Virus record (IMG/VR): IMGVR_UViG_3300037457_000051
Span: 1 to 40,646 of that record
Reading direction: 5' to 3' (one strand)
Origin: a virus
Taxonomy: Duplodnaviria > Caudoviricetes
Length of the DNA: 40,646 nt
Shown here: in pieces, positions 1 to 7,803 of the stretch
Layout: each line of letters begins with the position of its first letter
Numbering within the stretch: position 1 is the stretch's first letter
The notes under the pieces: generated by a model
What the model saw: only the letters and a program-made list of their open reading frames with translations
Database searches by the model: none
Told to the model about the DNA's origin: nothing
Made by a program: the position numbers and the translations under genes

Positions 1-174
1 CGACGTGTATCGCGGAGTCGTAGCGTTCGCGTCGGGAGTCACGTAGCGTGCGAGCCCGTGACGTAATTCGATGTTGCCGTTCGCCGTCGGCGCGGCGTCG
101 AGCGGCATATTTTTGCCGGCGGTCGTTTGTGCCCAGATCAGCGGTGCTCCGCAGGAGCGGCATTTAGACGCCAT
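1..174 (-). CDS. Small Zn-ribbon protein (3'-truncated by window edge; full copy at 39958-40188)
   Basis: MASKCRSCGAPLIWAQTTAGKNMPLD with CxxC; duplicate of the right-end gene. Confidence 0.7.
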   Translation of the reverse strand, partial: MASKCRSCGAPLIWAQTTAGKNMPLDAAPTANGNIELRHGLARYVTPDANATTPRYTS

Positions 175-403
175 GGACGCCCTCGTAGCGCTGCAGCAGA
201 TTGGCCCAGGCGTCCCAGAGGTTGTCTCGCGTGATCACGTCCAGCGTACCGTCCTGAGCTGTGCAGGAGATGGTCCACACGTCGCCGAAGCTCCCGACGC
301 TGAACCGATATCCGTATCGATACAGGCGGAGCGCTTTGACGCCGATCGCCACGCGCTGCCGGCGGCGCTGGCGCGCCACCCACCCATCGTCGAGAGCCAT
401 CAT
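164..403 (-). CDS. Hypothetical phage protein
   Basis: Overlaps neighbours in an operon-like way; frame preserved in the diverged repeat copy at 40178-40417. Confidence 0.65.
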   Translation of the reverse strand: MMALDDGWVARQRRRQRVAIGVKALRLYRYGYRFSVGSFGDVWTISCTAQDGTLDVITRDNLWDAWANLLQRYEGVHGV

Positions 404-657
404 ATCCCTACTGCCCTTCGGGTCGCGCGGCGTAGCGCCTCGCGGTTGTGTCGCGAGGCCTCGGCAAGGCCGCGGTCGGTAAATGCGTCTAGGACCGCTT
501 GCTCGTAGCAGTCGCCCCAGCCGATGCGGGCGACGACGTCCTCGACCCGGAGCAGCACCTTGTGCATGACCGCGTGGCGCCGGTGCTCAGCGGAGCGCCC
601 GGGGGTGGATAGCCAGGCCGCGAGAGCAGCGGCGACTGGAATTATGGGGTGAGCCAT
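400..657 (-). CDS. Hypothetical protein, first gene of leftward early operon
   Basis: ATG 6 nt downstream of a predicted -10 box; ATGA overlap with the next gene; frame conserved in the right-end copy. Confidence 0.65.
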   Translation of the reverse strand: MAHPIIPVAAALAAWLSTPGRSAEHRRHAVMHKVLLRVEDVVARIGWGDCYEQAVLDAFTDRGLAEASRHNREALRRATRRAVGI

Positions 658-737
658 GCCCCCATTATTACCAGACCGCTAACGTTGTCAACAGTTAATT
701 TATTGACAACGTTATCGATAACTGGATACTGGGCGGC
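658..737. promoter_or_regulatory. Divergent promoter pair with operator-like palindromes
   Basis: Perfect inverted repeat TAACGTTGTCAA (680-691) / TTGACAACGTTA (703-714) gives TTGACA on both strands. Rightward TTGACA-16-GATACT; leftward TTGACA-16-AATAAT. Palindrome GTTATCGATAAC at 711-722. AT-rich island. Confidence 0.8.
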
Positions 738-956
738 ATGAACCGTGGAGCGCAACTGATGGCCGACCTCCTGGCCGAGCGCGGAGCCAAGCGCCGGCTG
801 GCCCAACGTCTCGGGGTAGCCCAGGGCGAGATATGTAACTGGATTAACGGCAGCCGACGACCGGTCGCAAAGACACGAGCGAAACTGCAAAAGATGCTCG
901 GGATCAAGTGGACGCTGTGGGATGAGCCGGCCGACCCGTCCAAAGGCGCGGCGTGA
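738..956 (+). CDS. Cro/XRE-family helix-turn-helix regulator
   Basis: KRRLAQRLGVAQGEICNWINGSRRP is a classic XRE HTH; first gene after the divergent promoter. Confidence 0.88.
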   Translation: MNRGAQLMADLLAERGAKRRLAQRLGVAQGEICNWINGSRRPVAKTRAKLQKMLGIKWTLWDEPADPSKGAA

Positions 957-958
957 GC

Positions 959-1318
959 TTACGGCCTGCATCCGTGGCCGGGCAGGGTACACTCGCCGCC
1001 GAGGCTCAGACAGAGCAGCGCGTGTTGCTCTGTCGAGCACACAAAGCTGCAGCGAAACAGTCCCGCCTGACAATTCGGGTGGACGACGGGAAGCACTCGG
1101 GTGAGCTCGTCCGCGAGGGCCGGGCACTCCTCGTAAGCGGCGTTGGTGACCGTTTTGCACGGGTCCCACAGAGCGCCGGCAGTCGACCCGCCGCCGGTTG
1201 CCGCGTCGGACGCAGCCGTGTTGCCTCCAGTGGAGGTGTCGCCTTCGCTCTGACGAGACATGGTCTGGTCGGGTCCACCGCAGCTCAGAACCGTGAGCAT
1301 CAAGACTATTGTTCGCAT
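959..1318 (-). CDS. Cys-rich lipoprotein (possible superinfection-exclusion/moron gene)
   Basis: MRTIVLMLTVLSC: signal peptide with lipobox-like Cys, then a G/S/T linker and an 8-Cys domain; has its own promoter. Confidence 0.7.
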   Translation of the reverse strand: MRTIVLMLTVLSCGGPDQTMSRQSEGDTSTGGNTAASDAATGGGSTAGALWDPCKTVTNAAYEECPALADELTRVLPVVHPNCQAGLFRCSFVCSTEQHALLCLSLGGECTLPGHGCRP

Positions 1319-1354
1319 GGTCGCAATTGCATCCCTGTTTGAGAGCCCGGTCAA
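1319..1354 (-). promoter_or_regulatory. Leaderless sigma70-type promoter for the lipoprotein
   Basis: - strand TTGACC-17 nt-TGCAAT-7 nt-ATG. Confidence 0.55.
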
Positions 1355-1356
1355 TA

Positions 1357-2142
1357 ATGCGCAAACGTTCAGGCGGCACGGTCGAACAGCTACCCTCGGG
1401 GCGGTACCGCGCGCGCCGTAAAACGGACGGAAAGTATCGGTCAATCGGCACGTTTGCGACGGAGGAAGAGGCGCGGCTCGCACTGCAGCAACCGGCGAAG
1501 GCACCGCAGGGCGCGCTATTGCTCGCGACATTTGGCGAGGAATGGCTCAAGCGCCGACGGGGCGAAATCAGCGACTACCGCAACGACGAGCAGCGGTGGC
1601 GTCTGTACATTGAGCAGCGCATTGGACAGCTGCCACTGCGAAAGATTAGGCGCGCGGACGTCAAGGACTGGCTGCGTGAGCTCAGGCAATTGGGGCTCGC
1701 TACGCAGACGCGCAAGAACGCACGCACGGTGCTGTCGCAGTGTCTCGAGGACGCTGTCGACCGGGAGCTAATCGAAACCAACCCTGTGCGCGGAATCCGA
1801 TTCAAACGTCGTGAGGAAGCCCGCACGCACGAGCCATGGACCATTCTCTACCCGGACGAGCAGCTTGCATTGCTCGAAGCGGTGCCGAGCGACGAATGGC
1901 ACACGGTCGCGCAGGTGTGCCGGAGGTCGTACCATCGCACGTTGCGCGTGATGCCCGCCGCCTTGACCCACTTGTGCCACCGGCGGCGGGGCGGGCATGC
2001 GGGACGCCGGCGCTGCCCCAAGTGCGCTGGCCTCTCGCACCGAGTGCGCGGCAAGAAATGCTCTGTGTGTGGAGCACGATATCAACCTGAGACACCTGTC
2101 GCTGTGCAGGATTGCCGGAGGTCCAATTGGAGAGAGCTGTAG
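1357..2142 (+). pseudogene. int: Tyrosine integrase, disrupted (arm- and core-binding domains intact, catalytic domain deleted/inverted)
   Basis: GTVEQLPSGRYRAR..GTFATEEEA arm; IGQLPLRKIRRADVKDWL..LEDAVDRELIETNPV core. The TG.R..E box is absent, and KAAGITRNVRWYDLRHTCAT reads on the opposite strand at ~1905-1979. Confidence 0.85.
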
Positions 2143-2144
2143 TC

Positions 2145-2282
2145 GTGGAGCGACTCGAACCCGTGGCCCCGGCGCAGGACTGGTGCCCGTGGTGCGGCGA
2201 GGACACAGACGGCGACTTCTGCGGCGCGCAGTGCTTGCGGGAGTACCACGCGGACGTTCGGGACGAAGGGAAGGTCGCATGA
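2145..2282 (+). CDS. Small Zn-finger protein (45 aa, not in ORF track)
   Basis: MERLEPVAPAQDWCPWCGEDTDGDFCGAQCLREYHADVRDEGKVA; CxxC..CxxxC; ATGA overlap with the initiator. Confidence 0.65.
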   Translation: MERLEPVAPAQDWCPWCGEDTDGDFCGAQCLREYHADVRDEGKVA

Positions 2283-3295
2283 CGTGGGTAAAGCTCGACG
2301 ACGCCATCCTGGACAACCCCAAGATTGCTCGGGCTGGGGTCTACGGCTTTGCCATGCATGTGGCGGCCATCACGTGGTGTGGGCGGAACCTCACAGATGG
2401 GCATATCCCGTACTCACGTGTAACGGCGTTACTCGCGCTGCAATATGTCAACATCGACTGCTCAAACCCGCTCGCCTTGCCAGGCGGCGGGAGCGGCCTG
2501 AGCGGGGAAGAGGGCCTTGACCCCTACGTGGTGGCGGCACACTTGGTGTCGATTGGCCTATGGCACGAGACCCCTGATGGGTACGAAATCCACGACTATC
2601 TCGAGTATAACCCGCCAAAAGCCAAGGTGCTGGCCGACAGGGAGCGCAGTGCGCAACGGGTAAAGAAACACAGGAGTAACGCTGTTGCCTCACGTGTGAG
2701 TAACGCCGTTGGTAACAACCATGTTGCGCCTGCTCCCGTACCCGTACCCGTTCCTGATCAGGATCCTAAAGCTGTTGAAGCTAATCCTAAAGACCTGACA
2801 GGTAGCGCGCCCCCGCACGCGGCCGAGGGAGGCAGCGGCAGCGGCGAGGGTAACAGACCCGGCGCAGGAGTCTACGACCTCGAATCCGCGCTCAGGCTGC
2901 CAGTGTTCGAACGCGCCAAGCTCGCAGTGGCGAAGGGCACGGCCATGGCGGACTACCTCGAGCCCAACGCGTGGCCAGAGGTACGCCAGGTCGGAGAGGC
3001 TTTCGGGCGTGCGACAGGACAGACCGGTATTCGGTTAGGGCCGTACTCTCGCGACGTCGGCGTCAGAGCGATTGTCGCGTTGCTAGCCACGCCGTACCAA
3101 CCGACAGAGCTCGAGCGCGCCATTCGCCACCTCGTGACCGAGCCCTGGTGGAATGCTGAAGGGCGGAGCAAGGGGTTGTCGAGTCTGACGCCGGAAGTGA
3201 TTCGGCGCGCCCTGGTCAACGCACCTCCGAGCAAGGCAGAGCGTTTAGCCGGCATGAGCCCGACGGTGCGGGCGATCGTGGAGGGTGGCAAATGA
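2279..3295 (+). CDS. Phage replication initiator protein
   Basis: N-terminus MTWVKLDD..DNPKI..WC..NLTDGHIP..LVSIGLW..GYEIHDYLEYNP followed by a PVPVPVPD linker, typical of phage replisome organisers. Confidence 0.8.
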   Translation: MTWVKLDDAILDNPKIARAGVYGFAMHVAAITWCGRNLTDGHIPYSRVTALLALQYVNIDCSNPLALPGGGSGLSGEEGLDPYVVAAHLVSIGLWHETPDGYEIHDYLEYNPPKAKVLADRERSAQRVKKHRSNAVASRVSNAVGNNHVAPAPVPVPVPDQDPKAVEANPKDLTGSAPPHAAEGGSGSGEGNRPGAGVYDLESALRLPVFERAKLAVAKGTAMADYLEPNAWPEVRQVGEAFGRATGQTGIRLGPYSRDVGVRAIVALLATPYQPTELERAIRHLVTEPWWNAEGRSKGLSSLTPEVIRRALVNAPPSKAERLAGMSPTVRAIVEGGK

Positions 3296-3723
3296 CTGAT
3301 TGGAATGCTGTGTATGAGCGTGGCCCTGTCGCGAGCGCTGCGTCGTATCCGTATGACCAGAGAGCGGACGCCACGAAACTAGAAGCACTGGACAAGTTGC
3401 GAGCGGTCGAGGATCGACACACAGCGCAGAATCTTTACCTGCTGTGGTTTCACGCTGAGCGCAATGAGCGTGATCCGGAGTACCACAAGCGCAGGGCGCG
3501 CGAGGAGCAGGCCAAGGAGCGTGAGCGACTCTTGCTGATGGCGCATGCGTGCTTCGAAGGACGACGAGGCAAGGAAGCGAGGGAGCTCGCCGAGTTCTGC
3601 TTGTACGACGAGGAGAGTGGAAAACGACGCAGCGACCTCGAGAGTCTACGTGTATTCGAGCGACAATTCACTGAGCTGAAACAGGCTCGCAGAAACAGGA
3701 GCGATGGGAATGGCAAACGGTGA
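3292..3723 (+). CDS. Hypothetical protein
   Basis: ATGA overlap with the initiator; GGAGG upstream. Confidence 0.65.
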   Translation: MTDWNAVYERGPVASAASYPYDQRADATKLEALDKLRAVEDRHTAQNLYLLWFHAERNERDPEYHKRRAREEQAKERERLLLMAHACFEGRRGKEARELAEFCLYDEESGKRRSDLESLRVFERQFTELKQARRNRSDGNGKR

Positions 3724-4150
3724 CGTAACAACGCAAGAATTCGTAGTGAAGCTAACCGACGGCGAGATTCAGGAACGCAAAGACGACCTGTTCCAAACCG
3801 AAACCGAGCTTGACTACGAGAAGCAACGCAAGAAGAACGCGATGGCAGAACACAACGCTCGCATCGGCTCGGTCGAGCGCGAGCGTGCAGCACTGCTCGA
3901 AGCGATCCGCACTGGCTCAGAGAAGCGTAAGATCGAAGTGAAAGAAGACCACGTCTTCGAGACGAACAAGGTTGTGTACAGACGACTCGACACGAACGAG
4001 GTCGTGGACCGGCGCCCGATGTCATCAGAAGAGAGGCAGCAGGAGATGTTCGACGGCAAGAGCGACGACACTCCTCCGGAGCTCAAGACCTCGAAGCGTA
4101 AGACGAACGGCAAGCGTCGCGGCAAGCAGCCTGGAGCGGAGGCGACGTGA
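3710..4150 (+). CDS. Hypothetical phage protein (charged, coiled-coil)
   Basis: Protein-like composition; overlaps both neighbours; alternative start at 3704. Confidence 0.75.
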   Translation: MANGDVTTQEFVVKLTDGEIQERKDDLFQTETELDYEKQRKKNAMAEHNARIGSVERERAALLEAIRTGSEKRKIEVKEDHVFETNKVVYRRLDTNEVVDRRPMSSEERQQEMFDGKSDDTPPELKTSKRKTNGKRRGKQPGAEAT

Positions 4151-4647
4151 GACACGTCGTCGCAGGAGTCGACCTCAGTCTGACGGGACTCGCGCTCGTG
4201 GCGGTCCCTTCGGACTGGGGACACAACTTTGCGCGCATCCAGCGCGTGACGCTGCAGACTAATCCAGCCTACGGCTCGGTCACGCAACGCATGCGAGACA
4301 TGGCATGCGACGCAGCGGCGTGGCTCGAGTGGGCGTGTGCGCGGAAGGTGTACCTCGAAGAGCCGATCGTCACGCGCAAGCAACACAACCTCGGACAAGT
4401 GTTCCGCTTGGGCGGGATGCTCGAGCTCGAAGTGCTCGACCTGACGGGTGAGTCGCGGTGCGAGTGGGCGTCGCTGATTAAGTCTCGTCAGATGTTTTGC
4501 GGCAGCGTCAGCAAGGCGGTCGTCGAAGCTACCGTGGACGCGTTGACCGACCTGTTCGAAGACGAGCACCAGAAGCACGCGTTCGTCGCGGCAAACTGGG
4601 GCCTACACGAGCTCGGGTACACCGCGCTGACTGCGAGGGCCGCGTAG
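4147..4647 (+). CDS. RuvC-like Holliday junction resolvase
   Basis: VAGVDLSLTGLALV (motif I), VYLEEP (motif II), acidic C-terminal EDEHQKHAFVAA. Confidence 0.75.
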   Translation: MRHVVAGVDLSLTGLALVAVPSDWGHNFARIQRVTLQTNPAYGSVTQRMRDMACDAAAWLEWACARKVYLEEPIVTRKQHNLGQVFRLGGMLELEVLDLTGESRCEWASLIKSRQMFCGSVSKAVVEATVDALTDLFEDEHQKHAFVAANWGLHELGYTALTARAA

Positions 4648-4676
4648 TCGATGGCTTCACCTTTTGCCACTTCGAA

Positions 4677-5302
4677 TGACCAGGCCAACGCGACTAGCCG
4701 GGCCGGACCTGGCCAATGCGACTATCCAAGCCGCCCCGACGCGACGAGCCTCAACAATCCGCAACACGCCGACCCAATGCGACGAACCTTGCCAAACCGA
4801 GCCGATGCGACAGGCCAGACCTACCCGTTGCGACGAACCCCGCCGCGACTCACCACGCCAGCCCAATGCGACAAGCCATGCCCACCCGAGCCGACGCGAC
4901 GAGCCGCGCAGTCCCGGCACGTGCCACGCCCAATGCGACAAGCCACGCCCACCCTTGACCGTGCGACGTGCCACCCCGAGACGTCCCATTCCGACGCGAC
5001 GTTCCCTACCCGTCCCGACCCCTACCTACGCGACAAGCCATGCCGGGCCGCTCCGATCCTCCCCCACGCGACGGACCCTGCCGCACCAGCCCATCCCACG
5101 CCGCACCAATGCGACAAGCCATGCCGATCCACTCCGCGCCACTGCGACTTACCTAGTCCAGCCCATCCAACGCGACAAGCCCATCCCGAGCCTGCCAATG
5201 CGACACACCACGCCATACCGAGCCGACGCGACATGCCCGCCCCTTCCGCCCCGGTCCGAGCCAACGCGACAAGCCCTTCCGTTCCCAACCCACCCACACC
5301 AA
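4677..5302. repeat. Pentamer-periodic repeat array (NN-NCC)n punctuated by YGCGAC; candidate guide-RNA array (not a CRISPR array)
   Basis: 19 YGCGAC anchors (first 4689-4694, last 5265-5270). Sixteen of 18 inter-anchor segments are exactly 5n+2 nt, e.g. ta-gcc-gg-gcc-gg-acc-tg-gcc-aa and gg-acc-ct-gcc-gc-acc-ag-ccc-at-ccc-ac-gcc-gc-acc-aa. Confidence 0.9.
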
Positions 5303-5316
5303 AGGAAAACAGAACA

Positions 5317-5964
5317 ATGAAACACGACTTCAGCCCACGTGAACTCTACAACGTTTATCGAGTCAAGATCGCTCTGCGCGATCGCATCTACGGCGGCATG
5401 CCGCGCAACAAGGAGCTCATCAAAGCCTGGGTCGAGTCGACGACCGGATACGCGGACGAGAAAACGGAGAAGCTCACGCAAGACAACGCGGAGCTCGTCG
5501 TGAACGAAGTTGCAGAGAAGTGCTGGATCGGCTTCCCGGGCGACGAGCGAGGCCTGTTCGTGCCGGCGCGAAATCTCAAAGCAATGCTGAAGCAGTCAGC
5601 CTCGCTGCTCAGAATCACCAAGACCAAGGTGGGCAGCAAGCAGATCCTCGCCGAGGGCATGGAGGTCAAGGCGCTCGATGGGTCGGACCGGATTCACTTG
5701 GGCGTGACGGAACCGCATGGCACCGAAGAGAAAGCAATCCACGTCATGACGGCACAAGGACCACGCACTGCGCTCAAACGTCAGGACTACGTCGAAAAGC
5801 CGATGCTGGAGTTCGAGATCTGGGTACTGAAAACAGCACCATCAGAAAACCGGCACGTCGGAGAAAAGGAGTTGGTGCAGATCCTGAGGCACGCTCAGGA
5901 GAATGGGTGCGGCGCGAGTCGGAGCCAGGGTGACGGCAAGTTTGACGTGGTCGAGTTCGCATGA
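5317..5964 (+). CDS. Stand-alone Cas7/RAMP-superfamily RNA-binding protein (215 aa)
   Basis: RAMP hallmarks: N-terminal strand YRVKIALRDRIYGG, GLFVPARNLKAMLK (cf. PGSSLKG) and C-terminal Gly-rich loop GCGASRSQGDGKFDV. AAGGA Shine-Dalgarno at 5302-5306. Confidence 0.85.
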   Translation: MKHDFSPRELYNVYRVKIALRDRIYGGMPRNKELIKAWVESTTGYADEKTEKLTQDNAELVVNEVAEKCWIGFPGDERGLFVPARNLKAMLKQSASLLRITKTKVGSKQILAEGMEVKALDGSDRIHLGVTEPHGTEEKAIHVMTAQGPRTALKRQDYVEKPMLEFEIWVLKTAPSENRHVGEKELVQILRHAQENGCGASRSQGDGKFDVVEFA

Positions 5965-6767
5965 GCGTCTACATTCTCGCCGAGATTGGCAGCACGCATG
6001 ACGGCTCGCTTGGCAACGCGCTGCGCATGGTCGAGGTGTTCGCCGAGCTTGGGGCTGACGCGATCAAGTTTCAATGCCACTTCGGACAGCAGGTTCCACC
6101 TGACGCTCCACGGCCGGCGTTCTTCGACGCCGAGGACCGAGAGAGTTACTTTCTGCGTACTGGTTTCTCGCCCGAGGAGTGGGCGCAGCTGCGACTCCGA
6201 TGCAAGGAATGGGAGGTCGACTTCGTCCCCAGCGTGTTCGCCGTCGACGCGGTGACGATGCTGGAAGAATACGCGCCACCAGACGCCTACAAGCTTCCGA
6301 GCGGGCAGCTGACGAATACTAGACTCCGTGATGTTCTGCGGGCAACAGGTCGCGTTGTGTACTACTCGTTGGGAATGGTGCGGACTGACGAGGTGCCAAC
6401 AGTGGCACGAAGTTGGATCCCCATGGCATGCACCAGTGAATATCCGGTGCTACCAGAACACGCACCGTTGTGGGACGAATGTCTAGCGTTTCTTGGGCCG
6501 TGGGGACTCTCCGACCACAGCATGGGGCTAGCGTTGTCGAGCGCAGCAGTGGCGCGAGGGGCGACGGCAATCGAGCGGCACGTCACATTCAGCCGGCACC
6601 AGTACGGAAGTGACGCTCGGCATTCACTCGAGCCCGAAGAGTTTGGCCAGCTCGTGCGCGAGATTCGTTGGCTTGAGCGCGCGATGGCGTCGACGGTTTC
6701 TCGCGACGAGTTGATGGCGACGGAAGAGATGCAACAGACAAGAAAGGTGTTCTTACATGGCCAATAA
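5961..6767 (+). CDS. neuB: N-acetylneuraminate/nonulosonate synthase (NeuB/PseI/SpsE family), lacking the C-terminal SAF domain
   Basis: YILAEIGSTHDG, GADAIKFQ, YKLPSG, CTSEYP, GLSDHS, IERHVT, SDARHSLEP motifs. Confidence 0.93.
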   Translation: MSVYILAEIGSTHDGSLGNALRMVEVFAELGADAIKFQCHFGQQVPPDAPRPAFFDAEDRESYFLRTGFSPEEWAQLRLRCKEWEVDFVPSVFAVDAVTMLEEYAPPDAYKLPSGQLTNTRLRDVLRATGRVVYYSLGMVRTDEVPTVARSWIPMACTSEYPVLPEHAPLWDECLAFLGPWGLSDHSMGLALSSAAVARGATAIERHVTFSRHQYGSDARHSLEPEEFGQLVREIRWLERAMASTVSRDELMATEEMQQTRKVFLHGQ

Positions 6768-7803
6768 TGTTCTGTTTACAATCGGCAGCCGCGCGAACTG
6801 GGGGAGCTCGTGCGCAGTCATCCGCGAATGGAATCGACGTGGTCATGAGTTCCGTGTGCTCTGCTACGCAAGTGCGGTCGATCGACTTTATGGAGAAGTG
6901 GTCGAAGACATAGATCGAGAGTTTTTAGGAGAATGCGTCGTCTATCGCGGTGCTGGGTTGGTGCCTGGGCATCGGTCCGCAGAACTGACGGCTGGACTCG
7001 CACTGATGCAGGACCTCGGGGACGAAGACATTGTCTACGTCGTCGGCGACCGCTACGAGACCTTGGGGATCACGTACGCTGCTCGACGCGCCGGCAAACG
7101 CATTGCGCACCAGATGGGCGGCGAGCGCAGTGGCAACGTAGACGACTACATTCGAGACGCGAACAGCGCGCTCGCTGACGTGCACTTCGTGGCCACGCAG
7201 GGCGCGCAACTCTGGCTGCAGGGTTGGGTGCGCAACCCGAAGGCAGTGCATCTGACGGGATGTCCACGTGTCGACGTGGCGTTGCAGGCCGAGCCGCATC
7301 CCGAGTCGGTCGTGATGGTCATGCTGCACCCGGCAGACTTCGAGACCGACTACACTCCAGTGCTCCAAGCCGCTGCGCGAGTTGGTGAGTGCCACGTTTG
7401 GTGGCCCAATGCCGACCCTGGCAACGAGCACATCGTGGAGTCGATTCGAAGGCTCGGCATCCGGAACACACACCGCAACATGCCGCCCGAGCAGTTCTAC
7501 TCCTACCTTCGGAGCGCGAAGCTCATCGTCGGCAACTCGAGTGTCATCGTTCGCGAGGCGAGCGCGCTGGGCGTGCCGGGCGTGTTGATCGGCGGGCGAC
7601 AGGCTGGGAGGCCGCTGCTCGGGGCCGTTCAGGCTCCGGCGCCGCATGACGTAGACACATACGAATTATACGAGACCATGCTCCGCTCCGGTGGATACGA
7701 GGCGCTATTCAGGCGCGTAATGAACGAGCGTCGCGAGCCGGTCGCAGAGTACGGCGACGGTCGAGCGGCACAGCGTATTTGTGACGCATTGGAGGCGATG
7801 TGA
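6757..7803 (+). CDS. neuC: Hydrolysing UDP-GlcNAc 2-epimerase (NeuC/LegG family)
   Basis: GSRANW, VVGDRYE, AHQMGGERSGNVD, TGCPRVD, PNADPG, VGNSS, GGRQAGR, YGDGRA motifs. Confidence 0.92.
   Translation: MANNVLFTIGSRANWGSSCAVIREWNRRGHEFRVLCYASAVDRLYGEVVEDIDREFLGECVVYRGAGLVPGHRSAELTAGLALMQDLGDEDIVYVVGDRYETLGITYAARRAGKRIAHQMGGERSGNVDDYIRDANSALADVHFVATQGAQLWLQGWVRNPKAVHLTGCPRVDVALQAEPHPESVVMVMLHPADFETDYTPVLQAAARVGECHVWWPNADPGNEHIVESIRRLGIRNTHRNMPPEQFYSYLRSAKLIVGNSSVIVREASALGVPGVLIGGRQAGRPLLGAVQAPAPHDVDTYELYETMLRSGGYEALFRRVMNERREPVAEYGDGRAAQRICDALEAM

Larger units (their letters stand above)
1..632 (+). repeat. Left copy of imperfect terminal direct repeat
   Basis: Colinear with 40015-40646 (offset 40014). 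First 117 bp identical, then about 41 substitutions by manual count and no indels. Confidence 0.95.

Noticed and set aside
642-1550. Long antisense and alternative-frame ORFs (e.g. 642-1550, 13154-14032, 22901-24001)
   Set aside because: Shadow ORFs expected in GC-rich DNA; Arg/Ser/Pro-rich, with no motifs, and overlapping well-supported genes.
1357-2142. Functional integrase / active phase-variable switch
   Set aside because: Even after re-inversion, the first catalytic Arg box and catalytic Tyr region are missing; no att site or invertase was identified.
4677-5302. Canonical CRISPR array next to a cas gene
   Set aside because: No 23-47 bp conserved repeat; the only constant element is a 6-bp anchor, and the intervening segments are themselves periodic rather than foreign-derived spacers.
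4651-5316. 437-aa ORF (4651-5964) and other long ORFs running through the array as a Pro/Arg-rich protein
   Set aside because: Several frames are open simply because the C-rich array has few stops. The periodicity is 5, not 3; the translation is low-complexity; and a good SD precedes the ATG at 5317.
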